A stretch of 35,863 nt of DNA from a virus: the UHGV virus genome UHGV-0129071, one strand, 5' to 3'. The notes beneath the pieces are model-generated. The model saw only the letters and a program-made list of their open reading frames with translations. It made no database searches and was not told where the DNA came from. This document shows positions 8,215 through 17,499 of the stretch, piece by piece. The stretch's first letter is position 1. Each line of letters starts with the position of its first letter. Position numbers and translations under genes: made by a program.

Positions 8215-8361
8215 ATGACAAAACAACTCAGTCCTTACCAGGACAAAATTCACAAACACATACTACGTGATCGCTTCCTGTCCAGCTTCAAGCAGCCTGG
8301 TCGATTCCGGGCTGAGTTGGAAAAAGTGAAGCTGATGCAGAAGGAGAAAGGTCATGAGTAA
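8215..8361 (+). CDS. small ORF (48 aa) between c1 and replication genes
   Basis: ATG 8215, stop overlaps start of next gene; analogous position to small ORF between c1 and gene 18 in P22. Confidence 0.35.
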   Translation: MTKQLSPYQDKIHKHILRDRFLSSFKQPGRFRAELEKVKLMQKEKGHE

Positions 8362-9214
8362 TCTTGCAACCGTAACACATTTAAGGCCTTCACAACGGCC
8401 TGTGGAGCGTCGTGTGGCAGAAGTTGAAGATGGTTATACCCGTCTTGCAAATGCCCTGTATGAAGAGCTTATCGGCGCAGATTTAACGAAAAATCAGAGC
8501 AAGGTTGCCCACGCCATATGCCGTAAAACATACGGCTACGGTAAAAAGATGGATCGCATCTCTGATAGTCAGTTAGCTCAAATTACCAGGCTGCCAAGAC
8601 AGAAGGTAAACAAGGCCAAGAATGAGCTTATCGCGATGAAGGTTATCCTTCGCGAAGGCCAGCAAATCGGGCCTAACAAGAACATCGAGGAATGGCAAAT
8701 AGAAGGGTGTCACTACTCTGGTGATAATGTCACTGCATTGGTGACAAAAAGTGTCACCAAAACGGTGACAGCGCTGTCACCAAAACAGGGACACACAAAA
8801 GAAACTATTACAAAAGAAAAAAGAAATAATAAAAACACTATGTCCGAAAGTGTTCGGACGGAGTGTGAAAAATCACCTGACCGTCACGAAGAAACCGACA
8901 AGGCATTCGAGGAAATATTCTGGTGTGCAGGCATGCGGAAAGCCGGGAAGAAAAACGCAGCTTCGGCATTCAGAACACAGTTCAGGGAATGGCGTAAAAC
9001 TACCAGGGGTACGGCAAGCGAGTTTGCCACGATGTTGGCAGAAGACATCGCATGCAGGAATGGTAAGCAGTTCGGATTCGACAGGTTGTTACCATCGAGC
9101 TACCTGAACGGTCAACGCTGGAACGACGAAAAGCCAGAAACCATTCAACCACAATCCAAACCATCATCCGCAATCACCGTATCGAAAACTGGCTACGTGT
9201 TTTTCGACAGGTGA
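8354..9214 (+). CDS. replication initiator (lambda O-like / P22 gene 18-like)
   Basis: 286-aa ORF following c1; contains origin iterons inside coding sequence as in lambda O; N-terminal DNA-binding-like region. Confidence 0.7.
   Translation: MSNLATVTHLRPSQRPVERRVAEVEDGYTRLANALYEELIGADLTKNQSKVAHAICRKTYGYGKKMDRISDSQLAQITRLPRQKVNKAKNELIAMKVILREGQQIGPNKNIEEWQIEGCHYSGDNVTALVTKSVTKTVTALSPKQGHTKETITKEKRNNKNTMSESVRTECEKSPDRHEETDKAFEEIFWCAGMRKAGKKNAASAFRTQFREWRKTTRGTASEFATMLAEDIACRNGKQFGFDRLLPSSYLNGQRWNDEKPETIQPQSKPSSAITVSKTGYVFFDR
8720..8838. repeat. replication origin: palindromic iterons GGTGACA-N4/5-TGTCACC followed by A-rich tract
   Basis: GGTGATAATGTCAC (8720..8733), GGTGACAAAAAGTGTCACC (8740..8758), GGTGACAGCGCTGTCACC (8764..8781), then AAAAGAAAAAAGAAATAATAAAAA. 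Confidence 0.55.
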
Positions 9215-9217
9215 ACC

Positions 9218-9325
9218 ATGAAATCAAAAATCAAATCGCTACTGGTCGCTGGTTATAACCACGGCTGGTTAAGTATTTCGTTTGTCGATTTCTGGTTTAA
9301 AAATCTCAATCTGAGGGAATCATGA
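9218..9325 (+). CDS. small ORF (35 aa) translationally coupled to primase-helicase
   Basis: ATG 9218 with AGGTGA SD; stop TGA overlaps primase-helicase ATG (ATGA); hydrophobic/aromatic peptide. Confidence 0.25.
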   Translation: MKSKIKSLLVAGYNHGWLSISFVDFWFKNLNLRES

Positions 9326-11202
9326 CGCCAAGTGAACTCAGCGACCTGCTTTGGTCGCAGGTTGACAGGGTGGCTCCGCACCTGTTGCCAAACGGCAAAA
9401 AAGAGGGGCATGAGTGGGTTGCCGGTAACGTCAACGGTGACAAGGGAAACAGCCTTAAGGTCAACCTTAGCGGCAAGAAAAAATGGGCTGATTTCGCTGA
9501 GGGAGACGGCGGTGACATGCTTGATTTGTGGATGGCATGTCGTGGGATTAACCTGCATCAGGCTATGCAGGAAGCGAAAGCATTTCTCGGTATCAAGGAT
9601 GACGATCACCATTTCGATGCCAAACGTGAGAAAAAATTCTCCAGACCTGATCGCAAGAAAATCGCCCGCTACGTTACCAGAACAGAATCCCATCTTGAGT
9701 ACCTGCAATCGCGTGGCATATCGCCAGAAATCGTAAAGCGCTACGAGGTTGTCAGCGGCAAGGTGTGGAATGGAGAGCGGGAACTGGATGCTCTGGTGAT
9801 TCCGTACAAACGCGATGGTGAGTTGTTGCAGGTCAAGCGAATCAGCACTGAGCGCCCGGACGGGAAGAAAGTCATTATGGCAGAAGGTGATTGCGAACCT
9901 TGTCTGTTCGGATGGCAGGCTCTGGACGCTGGCGTGAGGGCGGTTGTACTTTGCGAAGGCGAAATTGATTGTATGAGCTATGCGCAATACGGCATCTCGG
10001 CGTTATCCGTGCCGTTTGGTGGCGGGAAAGGCGCTAAGCAACAGTGGATTGAGTTTGAGTATCACAACCTCGACAGGTTTGAGGAAATATTCATCTCGAT
10101 GGACGTTGATGATGTTGGTCGTGAAGCCGCAAGGGAAATCGCAAGCCGACTCGGTGAACATCGTTGCCGTCTTGTTACTCTGCCGTACAAGGACATCAAC
10201 GAATGCCTGATGAACGGTGTTACCGAGGATGAAATCTGGCAGTACATCGGCACGGCATCCTACTTCGATCCTGAAGAACTCTACAGCGCGCGAGAGTTTT
10301 ACCAGGACACTATCAACGCTTTCTACGGCAAGCAGCAGTATCTGTTTAATCCACCGTGGGAATCTCTGGCAGATAAATTCCAGTTCCGTGAGGCAGAGTT
10401 GACGCTGGTCAATGGTGTGAACGGTCACGGAAAAACGGAGGTTGTCGGGCATATGGCACTTGAGGCAATGCGTCAGGGTGTGAAGACGTGCATCGCGTCA
10501 CTTGAGCTGAAGCCTGGTATTCTCCTTAAGCGCCTTACCCGTCAGGCGACGTGCTGCAAGATTCCGCCAGTGCTGGAAATTGACTCTGCATTTAAATTTT
10601 ATGACGAAAGACTTTGGGTGTTTGGCCTGACCGGAACGGCGAAAGCCGACAGGCTGATCGAAATATTCGACTACGCTCGCCGCCGATACGGGATCCAGTT
10701 ATTCATCATCGACAGCCTGATGAAATGTGGCATAGGCGACGATGACTATAACGGGCAGAAGGCGTTTGTTGACTCGATTTGCGACTTCAAAAACAAAACA
10801 AACTCCCACGTCATTCTCGTTACTCACTCGCGAAAAGGAGACAGCGAAGAAAAACCAACCGGGAAAATGGACGTAAAAGGCTCTGGAGCGATAACAGACC
10901 TGACAGACAACCTTTTCATCATCTGGCGTAACAAGGCTCGCGAGAGAGCGTTACAGAGAGTTCAGAGTGGTGAAAAGATGTCAGAGAAGGACGAACAGCT
11001 ACTGGCATCTCCGGCATCTGTTTTGATGCTTGAAAAACAACGTAACGGCGAAGGTTGGGAAGGTGGTGTCCCGTTGTTCCTTGACGAGCAATCGCACCAG
11101 TTCCTGCAACTTGAATCAGGATCGCCATATAGCTACATCGCCAATATGCCGAAATCGGAATATGACGAGGCGTGGCGACAGGAAAACGTGACGGAGTATT
11201 AA
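9322..11202 (+). CDS. DNA primase-helicase (TOPRIM domain plus DnaB/RecA-like ATPase)
   Basis: 626 aa; TOPRIM-like LCEGEIDCMSYAQYG; Walker A GVNGHGKTE; Walker B FIIDSL; arginine finger region. Confidence 0.8.
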   Translation: MTPSELSDLLWSQVDRVAPHLLPNGKKEGHEWVAGNVNGDKGNSLKVNLSGKKKWADFAEGDGGDMLDLWMACRGINLHQAMQEAKAFLGIKDDDHHFDAKREKKFSRPDRKKIARYVTRTESHLEYLQSRGISPEIVKRYEVVSGKVWNGERELDALVIPYKRDGELLQVKRISTERPDGKKVIMAEGDCEPCLFGWQALDAGVRAVVLCEGEIDCMSYAQYGISALSVPFGGGKGAKQQWIEFEYHNLDRFEEIFISMDVDDVGREAAREIASRLGEHRCRLVTLPYKDINECLMNGVTEDEIWQYIGTASYFDPEELYSAREFYQDTINAFYGKQQYLFNPPWESLADKFQFREAELTLVNGVNGHGKTEVVGHMALEAMRQGVKTCIASLELKPGILLKRLTRQATCCKIPPVLEIDSAFKFYDERLWVFGLTGTAKADRLIEIFDYARRRYGIQLFIIDSLMKCGIGDDDYNGQKAFVDSICDFKNKTNSHVILVTHSRKGDSEEKPTGKMDVKGSGAITDLTDNLFIIWRNKARERALQRVQSGEKMSEKDEQLLASPASVLMLEKQRNGEGWEGGVPLFLDEQSHQFLQLESGSPYSYIANMPKSEYDEAWRQENVTEY

Positions 11203-11231
11203 ATGACCATCTACATCACTGAGCTAATAAC

Positions 11232-11263
11232 AGGCCTGCTGGTAATCGCAGGCCTTTTTATTT
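11232..11263 (+). terminator. rho-independent terminator after replication genes
   Basis: AGGCCTGC-TGGTAATC-GCAGGCCT hairpin followed by TTTTTATTT. Confidence 0.55.
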
Positions 11264-11278
11264 GGGGGAGAGTAAATC

Positions 11279-11485
11279 GTGGCTGAGTTTATGCTCGTCG
11301 CATTCAAATGCGTTGGCGTTGGATGGATTCTTCTGACGTTTTTTATTGTTCTGCATAGCTACATTCGTCTTGTGAATGACGGTAAAGACCCATGGTATAC
11401 GTTGTTTGGCGCTGCATTTGTCTGGGTGATTATCGGTGTTATGCCTGTTGTTGTAGCAAAAATGGCGTGGCGTTTTGTGAGTTGA
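11279..11485 (+). CDS. small membrane protein (68 aa, GTG start as drawn)
   Basis: Two hydrophobic segments; start codon uncertain (GTG 11279 or ATG 11291). Confidence 0.35.
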   Translation: MAEFMLVAFKCVGVGWILLTFFIVLHSYIRLVNDGKDPWYTLFGAAFVWVIIGVMPVVVAKMAWRFVS

Positions 11486-11502
11486 ACTGAGGGTAAGTAT
11501 CG

Positions 11503-11835
11503 ATGGACGAATCAAGAAAGCAGTTTGAAGAAAGTTGGTTGCGACGTGGAGGCGAATCATCAGACCTTATCCGTTACCCTGAAAATCACCATGAAATTGG
11601 CAGTGGTGATATTGGTGGTCAATACGTGATGGACGATGTTCAAGGCCACTGGCAAACGTGGCAGGCATCGCGAGCAGCTATTGAACTGGATATCGACTGG
11701 CCAGAATCGAATGACGACTTTTGGAAAGATGGTGAAGAAGGTGCTTATGCGATGGGGCATGAGGATGGGAAGGACAAAACGGTAATTGCAGTGATGAAAG
11801 CCATCCGCGCTGCTGGAGTCAAAGTGAAGGAGTGA
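11503..11835 (+). CDS. hypothetical acidic nin-region protein (110 aa)
   Basis: ORF with ATG start, stop overlapping next gene start. Confidence 0.5.
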   Translation: MDESRKQFEESWLRRGGESSDLIRYPENHHEIGSGDIGGQYVMDDVQGHWQTWQASRAAIELDIDWPESNDDFWKDGEEGAYAMGHEDGKDKTVIAVMKAIRAAGVKVKE

Positions 11836-12023
11836 GCATGAGTCGACGAAGTAGCTTTTTGGGGTTTGTAATATTCCTGTCCTGCACTGGTTACATCGTA
11901 ATCTGGTCAATTTCGAACATTGACCGTGGCGTGGCATATCTCATTGTAATGTTCTTTCCTTTGTTTCTTGGGTGGTACGCCGCAAGGTTGCTGGAAGAAT
12001 GGGGTTACAGGCATAAAAAATAA
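11832..12023 (+). CDS. small membrane protein (63 aa)
   Basis: Two predicted TM helices; ATGA-type overlap with upstream gene. Confidence 0.4.
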   Translation: MSMSRRSSFLGFVIFLSCTGYIVIWSISNIDRGVAYLIVMFFPLFLGWYAARLLEEWGYRHKK

Positions 12024-12034
12024 AGGAGTGTTCA

Positions 12035-12445
12035 GTGAAGCAAACAATATTCCTCCGAACTAAGCAACAACAGCAAGCCGCAATCAACGCCATCCTCGCA
12101 ACACCACTCGATAAAGACAAGCCAGTTACCATCCGCATTACTGACTACAAGCGCAACCTTGACCAGAACGCAAAATTTCACGCTATGGTCGCAGATATCG
12201 CCAGGCAAGTTCAGTGGCGCGATAAATGGTTAAAACCAGAACAATGGAAGGTTTTGTTGATAAGCGGTCATGCAGTGGCAACAAAGCAGGAAGCTGATGT
12301 TTTGCCCGGGCTTGAAGGCGAATACGTCAACATTCGCGAAAGCAGCGCGCAGATGAGTGTGAAGCGTATGGCAAGTCTGATCGAGTACACAACAGCATGG
12401 GCTATTGGTCAGGGTGTCAGATTTACCGACAGGAGGTACGAATGA
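12035..12445 (+). CDS. ninB: NinB (Orf-family recombination mediator)
   Basis: 136-aa ORF similar to recalled lambda NinB; first of NinB-NinE-NinF series. Confidence 0.8.
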   Translation: MKQTIFLRTKQQQQAAINAILATPLDKDKPVTIRITDYKRNLDQNAKFHAMVADIARQVQWRDKWLKPEQWKVLLISGHAVATKQEADVLPGLEGEYVNIRESSAQMSVKRMASLIEYTTAWAIGQGVRFTDRRYE

Positions 12446-12624
12446 GGCGACAGCGACGAAGTATCACCGACATCATCTGCGAAAACTGCAAATACCTTCC
12501 AACGAAACGCTCCAGAAATAAACGCAAGCCAATCCCAAAAGAATCTGACGTAAAAACCTTCAATTACACGGCTCACCTGTGGGATATCCGGTGGCTTAGA
12601 GAACGTGCGAGGAAAACAAGGTGA
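12442..12624 (+). CDS. ninE: NinE
   Basis: [60 protein letters not shown] matches recalled lambda NinE; AGGAGG SD; ATGA overlap with ninB. Confidence 0.75.
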   Translation: MRRQRRSITDIICENCKYLPTKRSRNKRKPIPKESDVKTFNYTAHLWDIRWLRERARKTR

Positions 12625-12791
12625 TTGACCCAAATCGAAGTTACGAACAAGAAAGCGTCGAGCGGGCTTTAACGTGCGCTAACTGCGGTCAGAAGCTGCA
12701 TGTGCTGGAAGTTCACGTGTGTGAGCACTGCTGTGCAGAACTGATGAGCGATCCGAATAGCTCAATGTACGAGGAAGAAGACGATGAGTGA
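12621..12791 (+). CDS. ninF: NinF (GTG start)
   Basis: (M)[47 protein letters not shown]... matches recalled lambda NinF; not in ORF track because GTG start and under 60 aa. Confidence 0.7.
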   Translation: MIDPNRSYEQESVERALTCANCGQKLHVLEVHVCEHCCAELMSDPNSSMYEEEDDE

Positions 12792-13505
12792 GTTAATAAA
12801 TGGCAATGCCATCAAAATGACAAGCATTGAAATCGCTGAGTTGGTGGGTAAGCGTCATGACAATGTGAAACGTACCATCGAAACGCTGGCTAAAAATGGT
12901 GTTATCCGGCTTCCTCAAATTGAGGTTTCCGAAAGAATCAATAACTTAGGGTTCAATGTTCAGTACGAGCATTACGTCTTCGAGGGCGAACAAGGTAAGC
13001 GAGACAGTATTGTCGTTGTTGCCCAGTTGTCGCCAGAGTTCACCGCTCGTCTTGTTGACCGCTGGCGAGAGCTTGAAGAAGCTGCGGTTAATATCCCCAA
13101 AACGCTACCGGAAGCGTTGCGCCTTGCTGCTGACCTTGCTGAGCAGAAAATGCAGCTGGAAAACCAGCTCGCAATTGCCGCACCTAAAGTTGAGTTTGCC
13201 GATCGCGTTGGCGAGGCCAGTGGAATTTTGATTGGAAACTTTGCAAAGGTTGTTGGAATTGGTCCAAACAAACTGTTTGCGTGGATGCGCGATCACAAAA
13301 TCCTATTGCTTCAGGTTCCCGGCGAAATGTGCCAATGCAGGAATATATGGATCGCGGCTATTTCACAGTGAAAGAAACAGCGGTCAACACAAATCACGGA
13401 ATACAGATATCGTTCACCACAAAAATCACCGGGCGTGGTCAACAGTGGCTGACCAGAAAGCTGCTCGATAACGGAATGCTGAAAGTAACAGGGGAGGCTG
13501 CTTAA
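12784..13505 (+). pseudogene. Rha/Roi-like regulator with KilA-C (antirepressor C-terminal) domain, split across two reading frames
   Basis: Frame A (12784..13371) carries N-terminal domain and start of KilA-C (LFAWMRDHKIL); frame B (13281..13505) carries remainder (NVPMQEYMDRGYFTVKE...GRGQQWLTRKLL); frames join near 13305..13340. Confidence 0.5.
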
Positions 13506-13795
13506 TGGCTAAACTACGCAAAGAAGCGCGCGGCAGAGAATGCCAGGTACGTATTTACGGCGTATGCAATGGTAATCCTGAAACTACAGTTCTGGCACAT
13601 TACCGGATGGCTGGAATTTGCGGAACGGGAATAAAGCCTGACGACCTGATCGGCGCATGGGCTTGTAGCGCGTGTCACGATGAAATCGACCGACGCACCC
13701 ATAATCTCGACAACAAAGACGCCAGACTTTACCACCTCGAAGGCGTGATCAGGACGCAGGCGATACTACTGAAGGAGGGGAAGATTAAGCCATGA
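13505..13795 (+). CDS. DUF1364-like Cys-rich nin-region protein (possible HNH-like)
   Basis: 96-aa ORF with CxxxC and CxxC pairs (CQVRIYGVC; CSACHDEID); recalled as common nin-region family. Confidence 0.5.
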   Translation: MAKLRKEARGRECQVRIYGVCNGNPETTVLAHYRMAGICGTGIKPDDLIGAWACSACHDEIDRRTHNLDNKDARLYHLEGVIRTQAILLKEGKIKP

Positions 13796-14154
13796 ACGAA
13801 TATCAGTTTGTGCTTCCATACCCGCCGTCGGTGAATACCTACTGGCGAAGACGGGGAAGCCAATACTACATCAGCGATAAAGGCCAGAAATACCGAAAAG
13901 ACGTTCAGCAAATCATCCGCAAACTTAAGTTAGACATTTTCACCAAATCACGACTCCGTATCAAAGTAATCGCAGACGTTCCAGACTCCCGCCGCCGCGA
14001 CCTCGACAACATCCTGAAAGGTTTACTCGACTCCCTTATCCACGCCGGATTTGCGGAAGACGACGAGCAATTCGATGACATTCGCGTAATTCGTGGCGTG
14101 AAAGTACCAGGCGGAAGGCTTGGAATAAAAATCACCGAGCTGGAGAACGTATGA
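13792..14154 (+). CDS. rusA: RusA-family Holliday junction resolvase
   Basis: 120-aa ORF with conserved RusA features (PPSVNTYWRRRG; DLDNILKGLLDSL acidic catalytic region). Confidence 0.8.
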   Translation: MNEYQFVLPYPPSVNTYWRRRGSQYYISDKGQKYRKDVQQIIRKLKLDIFTKSRLRIKVIADVPDSRRRDLDNILKGLLDSLIHAGFAEDDEQFDDIRVIRGVKVPGGRLGIKITELENV

Positions 14155-14339
14155 ACGCCACAATTCAAACGATACCAGAGCTTCTTATCCAGACACGAGG
14201 CAATCAGACCGAAGTGGCGAGGATGCTTTCCTGCGCAAGAGGAACAGTGCTCAAGTACAACCGAGACAGCAAAGGTGAGCGTCACGTAATAGTTAACGGC
14301 GTCCTGATGGTCAAACAGGGCAAGAGGGGAAGACGATGA
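14151..14339 (+). CDS. ninH: NinH (Fis-like HTH protein)
   Basis: YGNQTEVARMLSCARGTVLKY matches HTH of recalled lambda NinH; position immediately before Q. Confidence 0.7.
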   Translation: MNATIQTIPELLIQTRGNQTEVARMLSCARGTVLKYNRDSKGERHVIVNGVLMVKQGKRGRR

Positions 14340-14959
14340 GACTCGAAAGCGTAGCTAAATTTCACTCGCCAAAAAGCCCGATGATGAGCGACTCACCACG
14401 GGCTACGGCTTCTGACTCTCTTTCCGGTACTGATGTGATGGCTGCTATGGGGATGGCGCAATCACAAGCCGGATTCGGAATGGCTGCATTCTGCGGTAAG
14501 CATGAACTCAGCCAGAACGACAAACAAAAGGCTATCAACTATCTGATGCAATTTGCACACAAGGTATCGGGGAAATACCGTGGTGTGGCAAAGCTTGAAG
14601 GAAATACTAAGGCAAAGGTACTGCAAGTGCTCGCAACATTCGCTTATGCGGATTATTGCCGTAGTGCCGCGACGCCGGGCGCAAGATGCAGAGATTGCCA
14701 TGGTACAGGCCGTGCGGTTGATATAGCCAAAACAGAGCAGTGGGGGAGAGTTGTTGAGAAAGAGTGCGGAAGATGCAAAGGTGTCGGCTATTCAAGAATG
14801 CCAGCAAGCGCCGCATATCGCGCTGTAACGATGCTAATCCCAAACCTCACCCAACCCACCTGGTCACGCACTGTTAAGCCGCTGTATGACGCTCTGGTGG
14901 TGCAATGCCACAAAGAAGAGTCAATCGCAGACAACATTTTGAACGCGGTCACACGTTAG
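14336..14959 (+). CDS. Q: late antiterminator Q (lambda-type)
   Basis: 207-aa ORF essentially identical to recalled lambda Q; followed by lambda-like PR' promoter. Confidence 0.9.
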   Translation: MRLESVAKFHSPKSPMMSDSPRATASDSLSGTDVMAAMGMAQSQAGFGMAAFCGKHELSQNDKQKAINYLMQFAHKVSGKYRGVAKLEGNTKAKVLQVLATFAYADYCRSAATPGARCRDCHGTGRAVDIAKTEQWGRVVEKECGRCKGVGYSRMPASAAYRAVTMLIPNLTQPTWSRTVKPLYDALVVQCHKEESIADNILNAVTR

Positions 14960-15001
14960 CAGCATGATTGCCACGGATGGCAACATATTAACGGCATGAT
15001 A

Positions 15002-15045
15002 TTGACTTATTGAATAAAATTGGGTAAATTTGACTCAACGATGGA
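15002..15045 (+). promoter_or_regulatory. late promoter PR' with qut region
   Basis: TTGACTTATTGAATAAAATTGGGTAAATTTGACTCAACGATGG matches recalled lambda PR'/qut (-35 TTGACT 15002..15007; -10 TAAATT 15025..15030). Confidence 0.65.
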
Positions 15046-15065
15046 TAAATGCACTCGTTAAATAA

Positions 15066-15100
15066 AGCCCTGAGTTAATAGCTCGGGGCTTTTTGCGTTT
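15066..15100 (+). terminator. tR'-like rho-independent terminator about 30 nt downstream of PR' start
   Basis: AGCCCTGAG-TTAATAG-CTCGGGGCT hairpin (one G-U pair) followed by TTTTTGCGTTTT. Confidence 0.5.
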
Positions 15101-15392
15101 TAAGCACGGCCTTTCTGAAAGCACATCAAACCAAATACCAGACAGACAAAAATAATCACCTTATCCGCTGTGGCTACGGTGCGGTGTGCTTTGCATAAAA
15201 GAAAACCAGCTCAATGGCTGGCTTCGTGAAAGCGGGTGGCAAGAGGTTGCGCTAACAACCTCCTGCCGTTTTGCCCGTGCATATCGGTCACGAACAAATC
15301 TGATTACTAAACACAGTAGCCTGGATTTGTTCTATCAGTAATCGACCTTATTCCTAATTAAATAGAGCAAATCCCCTTATTGGGGGTAAGAC

Positions 15393-15716
15393 ATGAAGAT
15401 GCCAGAAAAACATGACCTGTTAGCCGCCATTCTCGCGGCAAAGGAACAAGGCATCGGGGCAATCCTTGCGTTTGCAATGGCGTACCTTCGCGGCAGATAT
15501 AATGGCGGTGCGTTTACAAAAACAGTAATCGACGCAACGATGTGCGCCATTATCGCCTGGTTCATTCGTGACCTTCTCGACTTCGCAGGACTAAGTAGCA
15601 ATCTCGCTTATATAACGAGCGTGTTCATCGGCTACATCGGTACTGACTCGATTGGTTCGCTTATCAAACGCTTCGCTGCTAAAAAAGCCGGAGTAGAAGA
15701 TGGTGGAAATCAATAA
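15393..15716 (+). CDS. S: holin S (class I, dual-start MKM)
   Basis: 107-aa ORF near-identical to recalled lambda S107/S105; Met1-Lys2-Met3 dual start. Confidence 0.9.
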   Translation: MKMPEKHDLLAAILAAKEQGIGAILAFAMAYLRGRYNGGAFTKTVIDATMCAIIAWFIRDLLDFAGLSSNLAYITSVFIGYIGTDSIGSLIKRFAAKKAGVEDGGNQ

Positions 15717-16176
15717 TCAACGTAAGGCGTTCCTCGATATGCTGGCGTGGTCAGAGGGAACTGATAACGGACGACAGAAAACCAGAAATCATGGTTATGA
15801 CGTCATTGTTGGCGGAGAGCTATTCACTGATTACTCCGATCACCCTCGCAAACTTGTCACGCTTAACCCCAAACTCAAATCAACAGCAGCCGGACGTTAC
15901 CAGCTTCTTTCCCGTTGGTGGGATGCCTATCGTAAGCAGCTTGGCCTGAAAGACTTCTCTCCGAAAAGCCAGGACGCTGTGGCATTGCAACAGATTAAAG
16001 AGCGTGGCGCTTTACCGATGATTGATCGCGGTGATATCCGTCAGGCAATCGACCGTTGCAGCAATATCTGGGCTTCGTTGCCGGGGGCTGGTTATGGCCA
16101 GTTCGAGCATAAGGCTGACAGCCTGATTGCAAAATTCAAAGAAGCAGGCGGAACGGTCAGAGAGATTGAGGTATGA
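15700..16176 (+). CDS. R: endolysin R (lytic transglycosylase)
   Basis: 158-aa ORF near-identical to recalled lambda R ([24 protein letters not shown]...). Confidence 0.9.
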   Translation: MVEINNQRKAFLDMLAWSEGTDNGRQKTRNHGYDVIVGGELFTDYSDHPRKLVTLNPKLKSTAAGRYQLLSRWWDAYRKQLGLKDFSPKSQDAVALQQIKERGALPMIDRGDIRQAIDRCSNIWASLPGAGYGQFEHKADSLIAKFKEAGGTVREIEV

Positions 16177-16610
16177 GCAGAGTCACCGCGATTATCTCCG
16201 CTCTGGTTATCTGCATCATCGTTTGCCTGTCATGGGCTGTTAATCATTACCGTGATAACGCCATCGCCTACAAAGAGCAGCGCGACAAAGCCGCATCCAT
16301 CATCGCTGACATGCAGAAGCGTCAACGTGATGTAGCAGAACTCGACGCCAGATACACAAAGGATCTTGCTGATGCTAACGCGACTATCGAAAGTCTCCGT
16401 GCTGATGTTTCTGCTGGTCGTAAGCGCCTGCAAGTCGCCGCCACCTGTGCAAAGTCAACGACCGGAGCCAGCGGCATGGGCGATGGAGAAAGCCCAAGAC
16501 TTACAGCAGATGCTGAACTCAATTATTACCGTCTCCGAAGTGGAATCGACAGGATAACCGCGCAGGTTAACTACCTGCAGGAATACATCAGGACGCAATG
16601 CCTTCGATGA
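16173..16610 (+). CDS. Rz: i-spanin Rz
   Basis: 145-aa ORF with N-terminal TM segment and coiled-coil periplasmic domain; lambda Rz-like but diverged in middle. Confidence 0.85.
   Translation: MSRVTAIISALVICIIVCLSWAVNHYRDNAIAYKEQRDKAASIIADMQKRQRDVAELDARYTKDLADANATIESLRADVSAGRKRLQVAATCAKSTTGASGMGDGESPRLTADAELNYYRLRSGIDRITAQVNYLQEYIRTQCLR
16366..16557 (+). CDS. Rz1: o-spanin Rz1 (lipoprotein) embedded in +1 frame of Rz
   Basis: Signal peptide with lipobox (LVVSAC), Pro-rich mature region, fully nested in Rz. Confidence 0.75.
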   Translation: MLMLTRLSKVSVLMFLLVVSACKSPPPVQSQRPEPAAWAMEKAQDLQQMLNSIITVSEVESTG

Positions 16611-16784
16611 TAGCGATAATTTTACTCATCATCCTTCACATCTGGCTCTGTAGACAGGGTGGTGATCACTTCTGGAGTGAATCCAGATTAAACATCTCAT
16701 TGCTGATGCTTGATATTGAGCATCTGGCGCGCGGTAAGGGGCTGCGTTGAGATAAGAGCCAGTCATTACAAATACCAGGATTTA

Positions 16785-16808
16785 GCCTCGCATTTGCGGG
16801 GCTTTTTT
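16785..16808 (+). terminator. candidate rho-independent terminator downstream of lysis cassette
   Basis: GCCTCG-CATTTG-CGGGGC hairpin (one G-U) followed by TTTTTT. Confidence 0.4.
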
Positions 16809-16956
16809 ACATCTGCAGTAAACCGCGCATCGCAGCGCGTAACAATCCCGAGTCTTTCAGAAAGCTGAGCCTGAGAATTGCCGTATATGGTGGCGACCAT
16901 CTCGGGGACGGCTTTTCTGTGCGAACAGGCTCATCTTTCTAAAAGGTAAAGACGCA

Positions 16957-17499
16957 ATGAACTACCCAACCGTTGTTAACGATATAGATTTCAGAGACCT
17001 AATTTTTGTAGCAAACAACGATCCGGTTACAGATTCTTTTATGGTGGCAAAAGCATTTGGAAAGCTGCCGAAGAACGTGGTTCGTGACATTGAACGAACC
17101 ATAGAAGCTTGCCCTCCTGAGTTTGATACAAAGCTCAACTTTGAGCTTTGCTATAAAAACAATGAGTTACAGAATGGTAAACCGCAAAAATTCTACCGTC
17201 TCCGCAAGGATGGGTTGATGCTTTTGGTTATGTCCTACACCAAAAAAGAAGCAATGCGTATCAAAATTGCTTACATCAACGCATTCAACTGGATGTACGC
17301 CATGCTTCAGGTTGGTCATCGTCAATTTGAAGAAGAGAGAAATGCCGTAATGCTGGAGTACATGAAAGAGAAGGATGTTGCCAGCATGTCAGGCCGCCTG
17401 CTTAATCGCTGGGGAAAAATTAAGAAGCCTCAGCTACTGGCGAGAATTGAACGCCTTGAACAGCACGGGCAAACCGTAATCCCCGGACTCACCAATTAA
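16957..17499 (+). CDS. rha: Rha-family phage regulatory protein
   Basis: 180-aa ORF; N-terminal region (DSFMVAKAFGKLPKNVVRDIE) typical of Rha family; same location (lysis to terminase) as P22 rha. Confidence 0.7.
   Translation: MNYPTVVNDIDFRDLIFVANNDPVTDSFMVAKAFGKLPKNVVRDIERTIEACPPEFDTKLNFELCYKNNELQNGKPQKFYRLRKDGLMLLVMSYTKKEAMRIKIAYINAFNWMYAMLQVGHRQFEEERNAVMLEYMKEKDVASMSGRLLNRWGKIKKPQLLARIERLEQHGQTVIPGLTN

Noticed and set aside
8720-8790. Short palindromic repeats considered as a possible CRISPR array
   Set aside because: Only 2-3 dyad-symmetric copies with 4-5 bp cores and no spacers of CRISPR size; located inside an initiator gene; consistent with origin iterons.
9253-9987. 244-aa minus-strand ORF
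   Set aside because: Entirely antisense to the well-supported primase-helicase gene; no motifs; most likely a chance ORF in GC-rich coding sequence.
11258-11937. Minus-strand ORFs of 100 and 125 aa
   Set aside because: Antisense to plus-strand nin-region genes that have SDs and coupled starts; no supporting features.
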